Of a stretch of 64,000 bases of DNA, positions 12,401 to 26,722 are shown one piece after another. A model generated the notes under the pieces. The model was not told the origin of the DNA, searched no databases, and saw only the letters and a program-made list of their open reading frames with translations. Position 1 is the first letter of the stretch, and each line of letters opens with the position of its first letter. Source of the DNA: Eledone cirrhosa. Its lineage: Eukaryota. The translations under genes were made by a program, and so were the position numbers. Where the stretch lies: NCBI GenBank assembly GCA_964016885.1, contig OZ024740.1, positions 35,340,001-35,404,000 on the forward strand, read 5' to 3'.

Positions 12401-15400
12401 TTCATTTTTGTCAAGTGTAGACCACCAACACCTAGAACCCTAAGAAAATTCATTTTTGTCAAGTGTAGCCGCCAACTCCTAGATCTCAAGAAACTTCATT
12501 TTTGTCAAGTGTAGCCCCCCAACTCCTAGAACCTCAAGAAACTTCATTTGTGTCAAGTGTAGCACCCCGACTCCTAGAAGCTCAAGCAACTTCATTTTTG
12601 TCAAGTGTAGCCTCCAACTTCTAGAACCCCAAGAAAGTTCATATTTGTCACGTGTAGCCCCACCCCAACTCCTAGAACCTCAAGATTCTTCATTTTTGTC
12701 AAGTGTAGCCCCAACACCTAGAACCTCAAGAAACTTCACTTTTGTCAAGTGTAGCCCCCAACAAGTAGAACCTCAAGAAACTTCATTTTTGTCAAGTGTA
12801 GACCCCCAACACATAGAACCCCAAGAAAATTCATTTTTGTCAAGTGTAGCCGCCAACTCCTAGAACCCCAAGAAAGTTCATTTTTGTCAAGTGTAGCCCC
12901 CCACCCCAACTCCTAGAACCTCAAGATTCTTCATTTTTGTCAAGTGTAGCCCCAACATCAAGAACCTTATGAAACTTCACTTTTGTCAAGTGTAGCCCCC
13001 GATAACTAGAACCTCAAGAAACTTCATTTTTGTCAAGTGTAGCCCCAACACCTAGAACCTCAAGAAACTTCACTTTTGTCAAGTGTAGCCCCCCCCCCCC
13101 TGACTCTTAGAACCTCAAGAAACTTCATTTCTGTCAAGTGTAGCCCCCAACTCCTAGAACCTCAAGAAAGGTCATTTTGTCAAGTGTAGACCCCCGACTC
13201 CTAGAACCTCAAGAAACTTCACTTTTGTCAAGTGTAGCTCCCTGACTCCTAGAACCTGAAGAAACTTCATTTTTGTCAAGTGTAGCCCCCCGACTCCTAG
13301 AAGCTCAAGCAACTTCATTTTTGTCAAGTGTAGCCTCCAACTCCTAGAACCCCAAGAAAGTTCATTCTTGTCAAGTGTAGACCCCAACCCCTAGAACGTC
13401 AAGAAGCTTCATGTTTGTCAAGTGTAGCCCCAACTCCTAGAAACACAAGAAACCTAATTTTTGTCAAGTGTAGCTCCCTGACTCCTAGAACCTGAAGAAA
13501 CTTCATTTTTGTCAAGTGTAGCCTCCAACTCCTAGAACCCCAAGAAAGTTCATTCTTGTCAAGTGTAGACCCCAACCCCTAGAACGTCAAGAAGCTTCAT
13601 TTTTGTCAAGTGTAGACCCCCGACTCCTAGAACCTCAAGAAACTTCACTTTTGTCAAGTGTAGCTCCCTGACTCCTAGAACCTGAAGAAACTTCATTTTT
13701 GTCAAGTGTAGCCCCCCGACTCCTAGAAGCTCAAGCAACTTCATTTTTGTCAAGTGTAGCCTCCAACTCCTAGAACCCCAAGAAAGTTCATTCTTGTCAA
13801 GTGTAGACCCCCGACTCCTAGAACCTCAAGAAACTTCACATTTGTCAAGTGTAGCCCCCGACAACTAGAACCTAAAGAAGCTTCATTTTTGTCAAGTGTA
13901 GCCTCCAACTACTAGAACGTCAAGAAACTTGATTTTTGTCAGGTGTAGCTCCCAAATCCTAGAACCTCAAGAAACTTCATTTTTGTCAAGTGTAGCCCAC
14001 AACTCCTAGAACCTCAAGAAACTTCATTTTTGTCAAGTGTAGCCCCCCGACTCCTAGAACCTCAAGAAACTTGATTTTGGTCAAGTGTAACTCCCAAATC
14101 CTAGAACCTCAAGAAACTTCATTTTTGTCAAGTGTAGCCCCCAACTCCTAGAATGTCAAGAAACTTCATTTTTGTCAAGTGTAGCCCAACACCTAGAACC
14201 TCAAGAATCTTCATTTTTGTCAAGTGTAGACCCCCGACTCCTAGAACCTCAAGAAACTTCACATTTGTCAAGTGTAGCCCCCGACAACTAGAACCTCAAG
14301 AAACTTCATTTTTGTCAAGTGTAGCCCAACACCTAGAACCTCAAGAAACTTCATTTTTGTCAAGTGTAGACCGCCCCCCGACTATTGGAACCTCAAGAAA
14401 CTTAATTTTGTCAATTATAGCCCCAACTCCTAGAACGTCAAGAAACTTCATTTTTGTCAAGTGTAGCCCCCCAAAACCTAGAACCTCAAGAAACTTCATT
14501 CTTGTCAAGTGTAGCCCCTCCCGGCTCCTAGAACCTCAAGAAGCTTCATTTTTGTCAAGTGTAGCACCCCAACTGCTAGAAGCCCAAGAAAATTTATTTT
14601 TGTCAAGTGTAGGCCCCAACTCCTAGATCTCAAGAAACTTCATTTTTGTCAAGTATAGCACCCCGACTTCTAGAACCTCAAGAAACTTCATTTTTATCAA
14701 GTGTTGCCTCCAACTGCTAGAACCCCAAGAAAGTTCATTTTTGTCAAGTGTAGCCCCCTCCTCAACTCCTAGAACCTCAAGAAACTTCATTTTTGTCAAG
14801 TGTAGCCCCAACTCCTAGAATCTCAAGAAACTTCATTTTTGTCAAGTGTAGCCCCAACACCTAGAACCTCAAGAATCTTCATTTTTGTCAAGTGTAGACC
14901 CCCGACTCCTAGAACCTCAAGAAACTTCACTTTTGTCAAGTGTAGCTCCCCGACTCCTAGAACCTCAAGAAACTTCATTTTTGTCAAGTGTAGCCCCGAC
15001 TCCTAGAACCTCAAGAAACTTCATTTTTATCAAGTGTAGCCTCCAACTCCTAGAACCCCAAGAAAGTTCATTTTTGTCAAGTGTAGCCCCCCCACCCAAC
15101 CACTAGAACGTCAAGAAACTTCATTTTTGTCAAGTGTAGCCCCCCCGGCTCCTAGAACCTCAAGAAGCTTCATTTTTGTCAAGTGTAGCACCCCAACTCC
15201 TAGAACCTCAAGAAACTTCATTTTTGTCAAGTGTAGCTCCCCGACTCCTAGAACCTCAAGAAACTTCATTTTTGTCAAGTGTAGCCCCCCGACTCCTAGA
15301 TCTCAAGAAACTTCATTTTTGTCAAGAACCTCAAGAAACTTCACATTTGTCAAGTGTAGCCCCCGACAACTAGAACCTAAAGAAGCTTCATTTTTGTCAA

Positions 15401-18400
15401 GTGTAGCCTCCAACTACTAGAACGTCAAGAAACTTGATTTTTGTCAGGTGTAGCTCCCAAATCCTAGAACCTCAAGAAACTTCATTTTTGTCAAGTGTAG
15501 CCCACAACTCCTAGAACCTCAAGAAACTTCATTTTTGTCAAGTGTAGCCCCCCGACTCCTAGAACCTCAAGAAACTTGATTTTGGTCAAGTGTAACTCCC
15601 AAATCCTAGAACCTCAAGAAACTTCATTTTTGTCAAGTGTAGCCCCCAACTCCTAGAATGTCAAGAAACTTCATTTTTGTCAAGTGTAGCCCCCCCCAGT
15701 CTCCTAGAACCTCAAAGAAGCTTCATTTTTGTCAAGTGTAGCCCCCCAACTCCTAGAACCTCAAGAAACTTCATTTTTGTCAAGTGTTGCCTCCAACTGC
15801 TAGAACCCCAAGAAAGTTCATTTTTGTCAAGTGTAGCCCCCCCCCCTCAACTCCCAGAACCTCAAGAAACTTCATTTTTGTCAAGTGTAGCCCCAACACC
15901 TAGAATCTCAAGAATCTTCATTTTTGTCAAGTGTAGACCCCCGACTCCTAGAACCTCAAGAAACTTCATTTTTGTCAAGTGTAGCCCCTGACTCCTAGAA
16001 TCTCAAGAAACTTCATTATTGTCAAGTGTAGCCTCCAACTCCTAGAACCACAAGAATGTTCATTTTTGTCAAGTGTAGCCGCCCCCGACTCCTAGAATCT
16101 CAAGATTCTTCATTTTTGTCAAGTGTATCCCCAACTCCTAGAACCACAAGAAAGTTCATTTTTGTCAAGTGTAGCCCCAACACCTAGAACCTCAAGAAAC
16201 TTCACTTTTGTCAAGTGTAGCCCCCGACAAGTAGAACCTCAAGAAACTTCATTTTTGTCAAGTGTAGACCACCAACACCTAGAACCCTAAGAAAATTCAT
16301 TTTTGTCAAGTGTAGCCGCCAACTCCTAGATCTCAAGAAACTTCATTTTTGTCAAGTGTAGCCCCCCAACTCCTAGAACCTCAAGAAACTTCATTTGTGT
16401 CAAGTGTAGCACCCCGACTCCTAGAAGCTCAAGCAACTTCATTTTTGTCAAGTGTAGCCTCCAACTTCTAGAACCCCAAGAAAGTTCATATTTGTCACGT
16501 GTAGCCCCACCCCAACTCCTAGAACCTCAAGATTCTTCATTTTTGTCAAGTGTAGCCCCAACACCTAGAACCTCAAGAAACTTCACTTTTGTCAAGTGTA
16601 GCCCCCAACAAGTAGAACCTCAAGAAACTTCATTTTTGTCAAGTGTAGACCCCCAACACATAGAACCCCAAGAAAATTCATTTTTGTCAAGTGTAGCCGC
16701 CAACTCCTAGAACCCCAAGAAAGTTCATTTTTGTCAAGTGTAGCCCCCCACCCCAACTCCTAGAACCTCAAGATTCTTCATTTTTGTCAAGTGTAGCCCC
16801 AACATCAAGAACCTTATGAAACTTCACTTTTGTCAAGTGTAGCCCCCGATAACTAGAACCTCAAGAAACTTCATTTTTGTCAAGTGTAGCCCCAACACCT
16901 AGAACCTCAAGAAACTTCACTTTTGTCAAGTGTAGCCCCCCCCCCTGACTCTTAGAACCTCAAGAAACTTCATTTCTGTCAAGTGTAGCCCCCAACTCCT
17001 AGAACCTCAAGAAAGGTCATTTTGTCAAGTGTAGACCCCCGACTCCTAGAACCTCAAGAAACTTCACTTTTGTCAAGTGTAGCTCCCTGACTCCTAGAAC
17101 CTGAAGAAACTTCATTTTTGTCAAGTGTAGCCCCCCGACTCCTAGAAGCTCAAGCAACTTCATTTTTGTCAAGTGTAGCCTCCAACTCCTAGAACCCCAA
17201 GAAAGTTCATTCTTGTCAAGTGTAGACCCCAACCCCTAGAACGTCAAGAAGCTTCATGTTTGTCAAGTGTAGCCCCAACTCCTAGAAACACAAGAAACCT
17301 AATTTTTGTCAAGTGTAGCTCCCTGACTCCTAGAACCTGAAGAAACTTCATTTTTGTCAAGTGTAGCCTCCAACTCCTAGAACCCCAAGAAAGTTCATTC
17401 TTGTCAAGTGTAGACCCCAACCCCTAGAACGTCAAGAAGCTTCATTTTTGTCAAGTGTAGACCCCCGACTCCTAGAACCTCAAGAAACTTCACTTTTGTC
17501 AAGTGTAGCTCCCTGACTCCTAGAACCTGAAGAAACTTCATTTTTGTCAAGTGTAGCCCCCCGACTCCTAGAAGCTCAAGCAACTTCATTTTTGTCAAGT
17601 GTAGCCTCCAACTCCTAGAACCCCAAGAAAGTTCATTCTTGTCAAGTGTAGACCCCCGACTCCTAGAACCTCAAGAAACTTCACATTTGTCAAGTGTAGC
17701 CCCCGACAACTAGAACCTAAAGAAGCTTCATTTTTGTCAAGTGTAGCCTCCAACTACTAGAACGTCAAGAAACTTGATTTTTGTCAGGTGTAGCTCCCAA
17801 ATCCTAGAACCTCAAGAAACTTCATTTTTGTCAAGTGTAGCCCACAACTCCTAGAACCTCAAGAAACTTCATTTTTGTCAAGTGTAGCCCCCCGACTCCT
17901 AGAACCTCAAGAAACTTGATTTTGGTCAAGTGTAACTCCCAAATCCTAGAACCTCAAGAAACTTCATTTTTGTCAAGTGTAGCCCCCAACTCCTAGAATG
18001 TCAAGAAACTTCATTTTTGTCAAGTGTAGCCCAACACCTAGAACCTCAAGAATCTTCATTTTTGTCAAGTGTAGACCCCCGACTCCTAGAACCTCAAGAA
18101 ACTTCACATTTGTCAAGTGTAGCCCCCGACAACTAGAACCTCAAGAAACTTCATTTTTGTCAAGTGTAGCCCAACACCTAGAACCTCAAGAAACTTCATT
18201 TTTGTCAAGTGTAGACCGCCCCCCGACTATTGGAACCTCAAGAAACTTAATTTTGTCAATTATAGCCCCAACTCCTAGAACGTCAAGAAACTTCATTTTT
18301 GTCAAGTGTAGCCCCCCAAAACCTAGAACCTCAAGAAACTTCATTCTTGTCAAGTGTAGCCCCTCCCGGCTCCTAGAACCTCAAGAAGCTTCATTTTTGT

Positions 18401-21400
18401 CAAGTGTAGCACCCCAACTGCTAGAAGCCCAAGAAAATTTATTTTTGTCAAGTGTAGGCCCCAACTCCTAGATCTCAAGAAACTTCATTTTTGTCAAGTA
18501 TAGCACCCCGACTTCTAGAACCTCAAGAAACTTCATTTTTATCAAGTGTTGCCTCCAACTGCTAGAACCCCAAGAAAGTTCATTTTTGTCAAGTGTAGCC
18601 CCCTCCTCAACTCCTAGAACCTCAAGAAACTTCATTTTTGTCAAGTGTAGCCCCAACTCCTAGAATCTCAAGAAACTTCATTTTTGTCAAGTGTAGCCCC
18701 AACACCTAGAACCTCAAGAATCTTCATTTTTGTCAAGTGTAGACCCCCGACTCCTAGAACCTCAAGAAACTTCACTTTTGTCAAGTGTAGCTCCCCGACT
18801 CCTAGAACCTCAAGAAACTTCATTTTTGTCAAGTGTAGCCCCGACTCCTAGAACCTCAAGAAACTTCATTTTTATCAAGTGTAGCCTCCAACTCCTAGAA
18901 CCCCAAGAAAGTTCATTTTTGTCAAGTGTAGCCCCCCCCCAACCACTAGAACGTCAAGAAACTTCATTTTTGTCAAGTGTAGCCCCCCCGGCTCCTAGAA
19001 CCTCAAGAAGCTTCATTTTTGTCAAGTGTAGCACCCCAACTCCTAGAACCTCAAGAAACTTCATTTTTGTCAAGTGTAGCTCCCCGACTCCTAGAACCTC
19101 AAGAAACTTCATTTTTGTCAAGTGTAGCCCCCCGACTCCTAGATCTCAAGAAACTTCATTTTTGTCAAGAACCTCAAGAAACTTCACATTTGTCAAGTGT
19201 AGCCCCCGACAACTAGAACCTAAAGAAGCTTCATTTTTGTCAAGTGTAGCCTCCAACTACTAGAACGTCAAGAAACTTGATTTTTGTCAGGTGTAGCTCC
19301 CAAATCCTAGAACCTCAAGAAACTTCATTTTTGTCAAGTGTAGCCCACAACTCCTAGAACCTCAAGAAACTTCATTTTTGTCAAGTGTAGCCCCCCGACT
19401 CCTAGAACCTCAAGAAACTTGATTTTGGTCAAGTGTAACTCCCAAATCCTAGAACCTCAAGAAACTTCATTTTTGTCAAGTGTAGCCCCCAACTCCTAGA
19501 ATGTCAAGAAACTTCATTTTTGTCAAGTGTAGCCCCCCCCCAGTCTCCTAGAACCTCAAAGAAGCTTCATTTTTGTCAAGTGTAGCCCCCCAACTCCTAG
19601 AACCTCAAGAAACTTCATTTTTGTCAAGTGTTGCCTCCAACTGCTAGAACCCCAAGAAAGTTCATTTTTGTCAAGTGTAGCCCCCCCCCCTCAACTCCCA
19701 GAACCTCAAGAAACTTCATTTTTGTCAAGTGTAGCCCCAACACCTAGAATCTCAAGAATCTTCATTTTTGTCAAGTGTAGACCCCCGACTCCTAGAACCT
19801 CAAGAAACTTCATTTTTGTCAAGTGTAGCCCCTGACTCCTAGAATCTCAAGAAACTTCATTATTGTCAAGTGTAGCCTCCAACTCCTAGAACCACAAGAA
19901 TGTTCATTTTTGTCAAGTGTAGCCGCCCCCGACTCCTAGAATCTCAAGATTCTTCATTTTTGTCAAGTGTATCCCCAACTCCTAGAACCACAAGAAAGTT
20001 CATTTTTGTCAAGTGTAGCCCCAACACCTAGAACCTCAAGAAACTTCACTTTTGTCAAGTGTAGCCCCCGACAAGTAGAACCTCAAGAAACTTCATTTTT
20101 GTCAAGTGTAGCCCCAACTCCTAGAATCTCAAGAAACTTCATTTTTGTCAAGTGTAGCCCCAACACCTAGAACCTCAAGAATCTTCATTTTTGTCAAGTG
20201 TAGACCCCCGACTCCTAGAACCTCAAGAAACTTCACTTTTGTCAAGTGTAGCTCCCCGACTCCTAGAACCTCAAGAAACTTCATTTTTGTCAAGTGTAGC
20301 CCCGACTCCTAGAACCTCAAGAAACTTCATTTTTATCAAGTGTAGCCTCCAACTCCTAGAACCCCAAGAAAGTTCATTTTTGTCAAGTGTAGCCCCCCCC
20401 CCCCAACCACTAGAACGTCAAGAAACTTCATTTTTGTCAAGTGTAGCCCCCCCGGCTCCTAGAACCTCAAGAAGCTTCATTTTTGTCAAGTGTAGCACCC
20501 CAACTCCTAGAACCTCAAGAAACTTCATTTTTGTCAAGTGTAGCTCCCCGACTCCTAGAACCTCAAGAAACTTCATTTTTGTCAAGTGTAGCCCCCCGAC
20601 TCCTAGATCTCAAGAAACTTCATTTTTGTCAAGTGTAGCCCCCAACTCCTAGAACCTCAAGAAACTTCATTTTCGTCAAGTGTAGCCCCAACTCCTAGAA
20701 CCACAAGAAACTTCATTTTTGTCAAGTGTAGCTCCCCGACTCCTAGAACCTCAAGAAACTTCATTTTTGTCAAGTGTAGCCCCCCGACTCCTAGAGGCTC
20801 AAGCAACTCCATTTTTGTCAAGTGTAGCCCCCCCCCCCAGTCTCCTAGAACCTCAAAGAAGCTTCATTTTTGTCAAGTGTAGCCCCCCAACTCCTAGAAC
20901 CTCAAGAAACTTCATTTTTGTCAAGTGCTGCCTCCAACTGCTAGAACCCCAAGAAAGTTCATTTTTGTCAAGTGTAGCCCCCCCCCCCTCAACTCCCAGA
21001 ACCTCAAGAAACTTCATTTTTGTCAAGTGTAGCCCCAACACCTAGAATCTCAAGAATCTTCATTTTTGTCAAGTGTAGACCCCCGACTCCTAGAACCTCA
21101 AGAAACTTCATTTTTGTCAAGTGTAGCCCCTGACTCCTAGAATCCCAAGAAACTTCATTATTGTCAAGTGTAGCCTCCAACTCCTAGAACCACAAGAATG
21201 TTCATTTTTGTCAAGTGTAGCCGCCCCCGACTCCTAGAATCTCAAGATTCTTCATTTTTGTCAAGTGTATCCCCAACTCCTAGAACCACAAGAAAGTTCA
21301 TTTTTGTCAAGTGTAGCCCCAACACCTAGAACCTCAAGAAACTTCACTTTTGTCAGGTGTAGCCCCCGACAAGTAGAACCTCAAGAAACTTCATTTTTGT

Positions 21401-22500
21401 CAAGTGTAGACCACCAACACCTAGAACCCTAAGAAAATTCATTTTTGTCAAGTGTAGCCGCCAACTCCTAGATCTCAAGAAACTTCATTTTTGTCAAGTG
21501 TAGCCCCCCAACTCCTAGAACCTCAAGAAACTTCATTTGTGTCAAGTGTAGCACCCCGACTCCTAGAAGCTCAAGCAACTTCATTTTTGTCAAGTGTAGC
21601 CTCCAACTTCTAGAACCCCAAGAAAGTTCATTTTTGTCAAGTGTAGCCCCACCCCAACTCCTAGAACCTCAAGATTCTTCATTTTTGTCAAGTGTAGCCC
21701 CAACACCTAGAACCTCAAGAAACTTCACTTTTGTCAAGTGTAGCCACCAACAAGTAGAACCTCAAGAAACTTCATTTTTGTCAAGTGTAGACCCCCAACA
21801 CATAGAACCCCAAGAAAATTCATTTTTGTCAAGTGTAGCCGCCAACTCCTAGAACCCCAAGAAAGTTCATTTTTGTCAAGTGTAGCCCCCCACCCCAACT
21901 CCTAGAACCTCAAGATTCTTCATTTTTGTCAAGTGTAGCCCCAACATCAAGAACCTTATGAAACTTCACTTTTGTCAAGTGTAGCCCCCGATAACTAGAA
22001 CCTCAAGAAACTTCATTTTTGTCAAGTGTAGCCCCAACTCCTAGAACCACAAGAAACTTCATTTTTGTCAAGTGTAGCCCCAACACCTAGAACCTCAAGA
22101 AACTTCACTTTTGTCAAGTGTAGCCCCCCCCTGACTCTTAGAACCTCAAGAAACTTCATTTCTGTCAAGTGTAGCCCCCAACTCCTAGAACCTCAAGAAA
22201 GGTCATTTTGTCAAGTGTAGACCCCCGACTCCTAGAACCTCAAGAAACTTCACTTTTGTCAAGTGTAGCTCCCTGACTCCTAGAACCTGAAGAAACTTCA
22301 TTTTTGTCAAGTGTAGCCCCCCGACTCCTAGAAGCTCAAGCAACTTCATTTTTGTCAAGTGTAGCCTCCAACTCCTAGAACCCCAAGAAAGTTCATTCTT
22401 GTCAAGTGTAGACCCCAACCCCTAGAACGTCAAGAAGCTTCATGTTTTTCAAGTGTAGCCCCAACTCCTAGAAACACAAGAAACTTAATTTTTGTCAAGT
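417..22500 (+). repeat. HOR domain I: ~2.70-kb and ~3.85-kb higher-order units in the order short-long-short-long-long-(variant)
   Basis: The rare marker GACTATTGG occurs at 1282, 3985, 7831, 10533, 14380 and 18225 (spacings 2703, 3846, 2702, 3847, 3845). Identical ORF translations recur at the same offsets, e.g. 3708->10256 = 6548 and 1787->8336 = 6549. Confidence 0.93.
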
Positions 22501-23174
22501 GTAGCCCCAACACCTAGAACCTCAACAAACTTCAATTTTGTCAAGTGTAGACAACCGACTCCTAGAACCTCAAGAAAATTCATTTTTGTCAAGTGTAGTC
22601 CCCAACTCCTACATCTCAAGAAATTTCATTTTTGTCAAGTGTAGCCCCCCCCCCAACTCCTAAAACCTCAAGAAACTTCATTTCTGTCAAGTGTAGCCCC
22701 CAACTCCTAGAACCTCAAGAAAGCTCATTTTTGTCAAGTGTAGACCCCCGACTCCTAGAACCTCTAGAAACTTCACTTTTGTCAAGTGTAGCTGCCCGAC
22801 TCCTAGAACATCAAGAAACTTCATTTTTGTCAAGTTTAGCCCCCCCCCCAACTCCTAGAACCTCAAGATTCTTCATTTTTGTCAAGTGTAGCCCCAACAT
22901 CTAGAACCTCAAGAATCTTCTCTTTTGTCAAGTGTAGCCCCCGATAACTAGAACCTCAAGAAACTTCATTTTTGTCAAGTGTAGCCCCCAACTCCTAGAA
23001 CCTCAAGAAACTTCACTTTTGTCAAGTGTAGCTCCCCTAATCCTAGAACCTCAAGAAACTTCATTTTTGTCAAGAGTAGCCCCAACTCCTAGAACCACCA
23101 AGAAACTTCATTTTTGTCAAGTGTAGACCCCAACCCCTAGAACGTCAAGAAACTTCATTTTTGTCAAGTGTAGC

Positions 23175-26100
23175 CCCCCCCGGCTCCTAGAACCTCAAGA
23201 AGCTTCATTTTTGTCAAGTGTAGCAACACAACTCCTAGAACCTCAAGAAACTTCATTTTTGTCAAGTGTAGCCCCCAACTCCTAGAACCTCAAGAAACTT
23301 CATTTTTGTCAAATGTAGCCCCCGACTCCTAGAACATCAAGAAACTTCATTTTTGTCAAGTGTAGCCCCCCGACTCCTAGAGGCTCAAGTAACTTCATTT
23401 TTGTCAAGTGTAGCCCCCCGCCCAACTCCTAGAACCTCAAGATTCTTCATTTTTGTCAAGTGTAGCACCCCAACTCCTAGAACCTCAAGAAACTTCATTT
23501 TTGTCAAGTGTAGACCCCAACCCCTAGAACGTCAAGAAACTTCATTTTTGTCAAGTGTAGCCCCCCCCGGCTCCTAGAACCTCAAGAAGCTTCATTCTTG
23601 TCAAGTGTAGCACCCCAACTCCTAGAACCTCAAGAAACTTCATTTTTGTCAAGTGTAGCCCAACTCCTAGAACCACAATAAACTTCATTTTTGTCAAGTG
23701 TAGCCCCAACTCCTTGAACCTCAAGAAACTTCATTTTTGTCAAGTGTAGCCCCCAACCCCTAGAACGTCAAGAAACTCCATTTTTGTCAAGTGTAGCCCC
23801 CCCCCTGTCTCCTAGAACCTCAAAGAAGCTTCATTTTTGTCAAGTGTAGCCCCCAACTCCTAGAATCTCAAGAATCTTCATTTTTGTCAAGTGTAGACCC
23901 CCGACTCCTAGAACCTAAAGAAACTTCATTTTTGTCAAGTGTAGCCTCCAACTCCTAGAACCCCAAGAATGTTCATTTTTGTCAAGTGTAGCCGCCCCCG
24001 ACTCCTAGAACCTCAAGATTCTTCATTTTTGTCACGTGTATCCCCAACTCCTAGAACCACAAGAAAGTTCATTTTTGTCAAGTGTAGCCCCAACACCTAG
24101 AACCTCAAGAAACTTCACTTTTGTCAAGTGTAGACCCCGACAAGTAGAACCTCAAGAAACTTCATTTTTGTCAAGTGTAGACCCCCAACACCTAGAACCT
24201 CAACAAACTTCATTTTTGTCAAGTATAGCCTCCAACTCCTAGAACCCCAAGAAAGTTCATTTTTGTCAAGTGTAGCCCCCCCCCCCCCCCAACTCCTAGA
24301 ACCCCAAGAAACTTCATTTTTGTCAAGTGTAGCCCCAACTCCTAGAACCACAAGAAACTTCATTTTTGTCAAGTGTAGCCCCAACTCCTAGATCCTCAAG
24401 AAACTTCATTTTTGTCAAGTGTAGCACCCCGACTCCTAGAACCTCAAGAAGCTTCATTTTTGTCAAGTGTAGCCCCCAACTCCTAGAACCACAAGAACCT
24501 TCATTTTTGTCAAGTGTAGCCCCAACTCCTAGAACCTCAAGAAACTTCATTTTTGTCAAGTGTAGCTCCCCGACTCCTAGAACCTGAAGAAAATTCATTT
24601 TTGTCAAGTGTAGCCCCCCGACTCCCAGAAGCTCAAGCAACTTCATTTTTGTCAAGTGTAGCCTCCAACTCCTAGAACCCCAAGAAAGTTCATTTTTGTC
24701 AAGTGTAGCCCCCCCCAACTCCTAGAACCTCAAGATTCTTCATTTTTCTCAAGTGTAGCCCCAACATCTAGAACCTTATGAAACTTCACTTTTGTCAAGT
24801 GTAGCCCCCGATAACTAGAACCTCAAGAAACTTCATTTTTGTCAAGTGTAGCCCCAACTCCTAGAACCTCAAGAAACTTCATTTTTGTCAAGTGTAGCCC
24901 CCAACTGCTAGAACCTCAAGAATCTTCATTTTTGTCAAGTGTAGACCCCCCCGGCTCCTAGAACCTCAAGAAGCTTCATTTTTGTCAAGTGTAGCAACAC
25001 AACTCCTAGAACCTCAAGAAACTTCATTTTTGTCAAGTGTAGCCCCCAACTCCTAGAACCTCAAGAAACTTCATTTTTGTCAAATGTAGCCCCCGACTCC
25101 TAGAACATCAAGAAACTTCATTTTTGTCAAGTGTAGCCCCCCGACTCCTAGAGGATCAAGTAACTTCATTTTTGTCAAGTGTAGCCCCCCGCCCAACTCC
25201 TAGAACCTCAAGATTCTTCATTTTTGTCAAGTGTAGCACCCCAACTCCTAGAACCTCAAGAAACTTCATTTTTGTCAAGTGTAGACCCCAACCCCTAGAA
25301 CGTCAAGAAACTTCATTTTTGTCAAGTGTAGCCCCCCCCGGCTCCTAGAACCTCAAGAAGCTTCATTCTTGTCAAGTGTAGCACCCCAACTCCTAGAACC
25401 TCAAGAAACTTCATTTTTGTCAAGTGTAGCCCAACTCCTAGAACCACAATAAACTTCATTTTTGTCAAGTGTAGCCCCAACTCCTTGAACCTCAAGAAAC
25501 TTCATTTTTGTCAAGTGTAGCCCCCAACCCCTAGAACGTCAAGAAACTCCATTTTTGTCAAGTGTAGCCCCCCCCCCCCCTGTCTCCTAGAACCTCAAAG
25601 AAGCTTCATTTTTGTCAAGTGTAGCCCCCAACTCCTAGAATCTCAAGAATCTTCATTTTTGTCAAGTGTAGACCCCCGACTCCTAGAACCTAAAGAAACT
25701 TCATTTTTGTCAAGTGTAGCCTCCAACTCCTAGAACCCCAAGAATGTTCATTTTTGTCAAGTGTAGCCGCCCCCGACTCCTAGAACCTCAAGATTCTTCA
25801 TTTTTGTCACGTGTATCCCCAACTCCTAGAACCACAAGAAAGTTCATTTTTGTCAAGTGTAGCCCCAACACCTAGAACCTCAAGAAACTTCACTTTTGTC
25901 AAGTGTAGCCCCCGACAAGTAGAACCTCAAGAAACTTCATTTTTGTCAAGTGTAGACCCCCAACACCTAGAACCTCAACAAACTTCATTTTTGTCAAGTA
26001 TAGCCTCCAACTCCTAGAACCCCAAGAAAGTTCATTTTTGTCAAGTGTAGCCCCCCCCCCCCCAACTCCTAGAACCCCAAGAAACTTCATTTTTGTCAAG

Positions 26101-26722
26101 TGTAGCCCCAACTCCTAGAACCACAAGAAACTTCATTTTTGTCAAGTGTAGCCCCAACTCCTAGATCCTCAAGAAACTTCATTTTTGTCAAGAGTAGCAC
26201 CCCGACTCCTAGAACCTCAAGAAGCTTCATTTTTGTCAAGTGTAGCCCCCAACTCCTAGAACCACAAGAACCTTCATTTTTGTCAAGTGTAGCCCCAACT
26301 CCTAGAACCTCAAGAAACTTCATTTTTGTCAAGTGTAGCTCCCCGACTCCTAGAACCTGAAGAAAATTCATTTTTGTCAAGTGTAGCCCCCCGACTCCCA
26401 GAAGCTCAAGCAACTTCATTTTTGTCAAGTGTAGCCTCCAACTCCTAGAACCCCAAGAAAGTTCATTTTTGTCAAGTGTAGCCCCCCCCAACTCCTAGAA
26501 CCTCAAGATTCTTCATTTTTCTCAAGTGTAGCCCCAACATCTAGAACCTTATGAAACTTCACTTTTGTCAAGTGTAGCCCCCGATAACTAGAACCTCAAG
26601 AAACTTCATTTTTGTCAAGTGTAGCCCCAACTCCTAGAACCTCAAGAAACTTCATTTTTGTCAAGTGTAGCCCCCAACTGCTAGAACCTCAAGAATCTTC
26701 ATTTTTGTCAAGTGTAGACCCC
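23175..26722 (+). repeat. Tandem duplication of a ~1.77-kb (~37-monomer) block, 2 copies
   Basis: Marker GCAACACAAC at 23223 and 24994 (1771 apart). ORF offsets 23353->25124, 24036->25811 and 24366->26139 are 1771-1775. Confidence 0.88.

Noticed and set aside
417-20100. Domain I as a pure assembly over-duplication
   Set aside because: The copies carry distinguishing substitutions (CATATTTGTCACG at ~12640 and ~16487 versus CATTTTTGTCACG at ~6092; a private T at ~11480) and mosaic markers. Exact copy number still needs read support.
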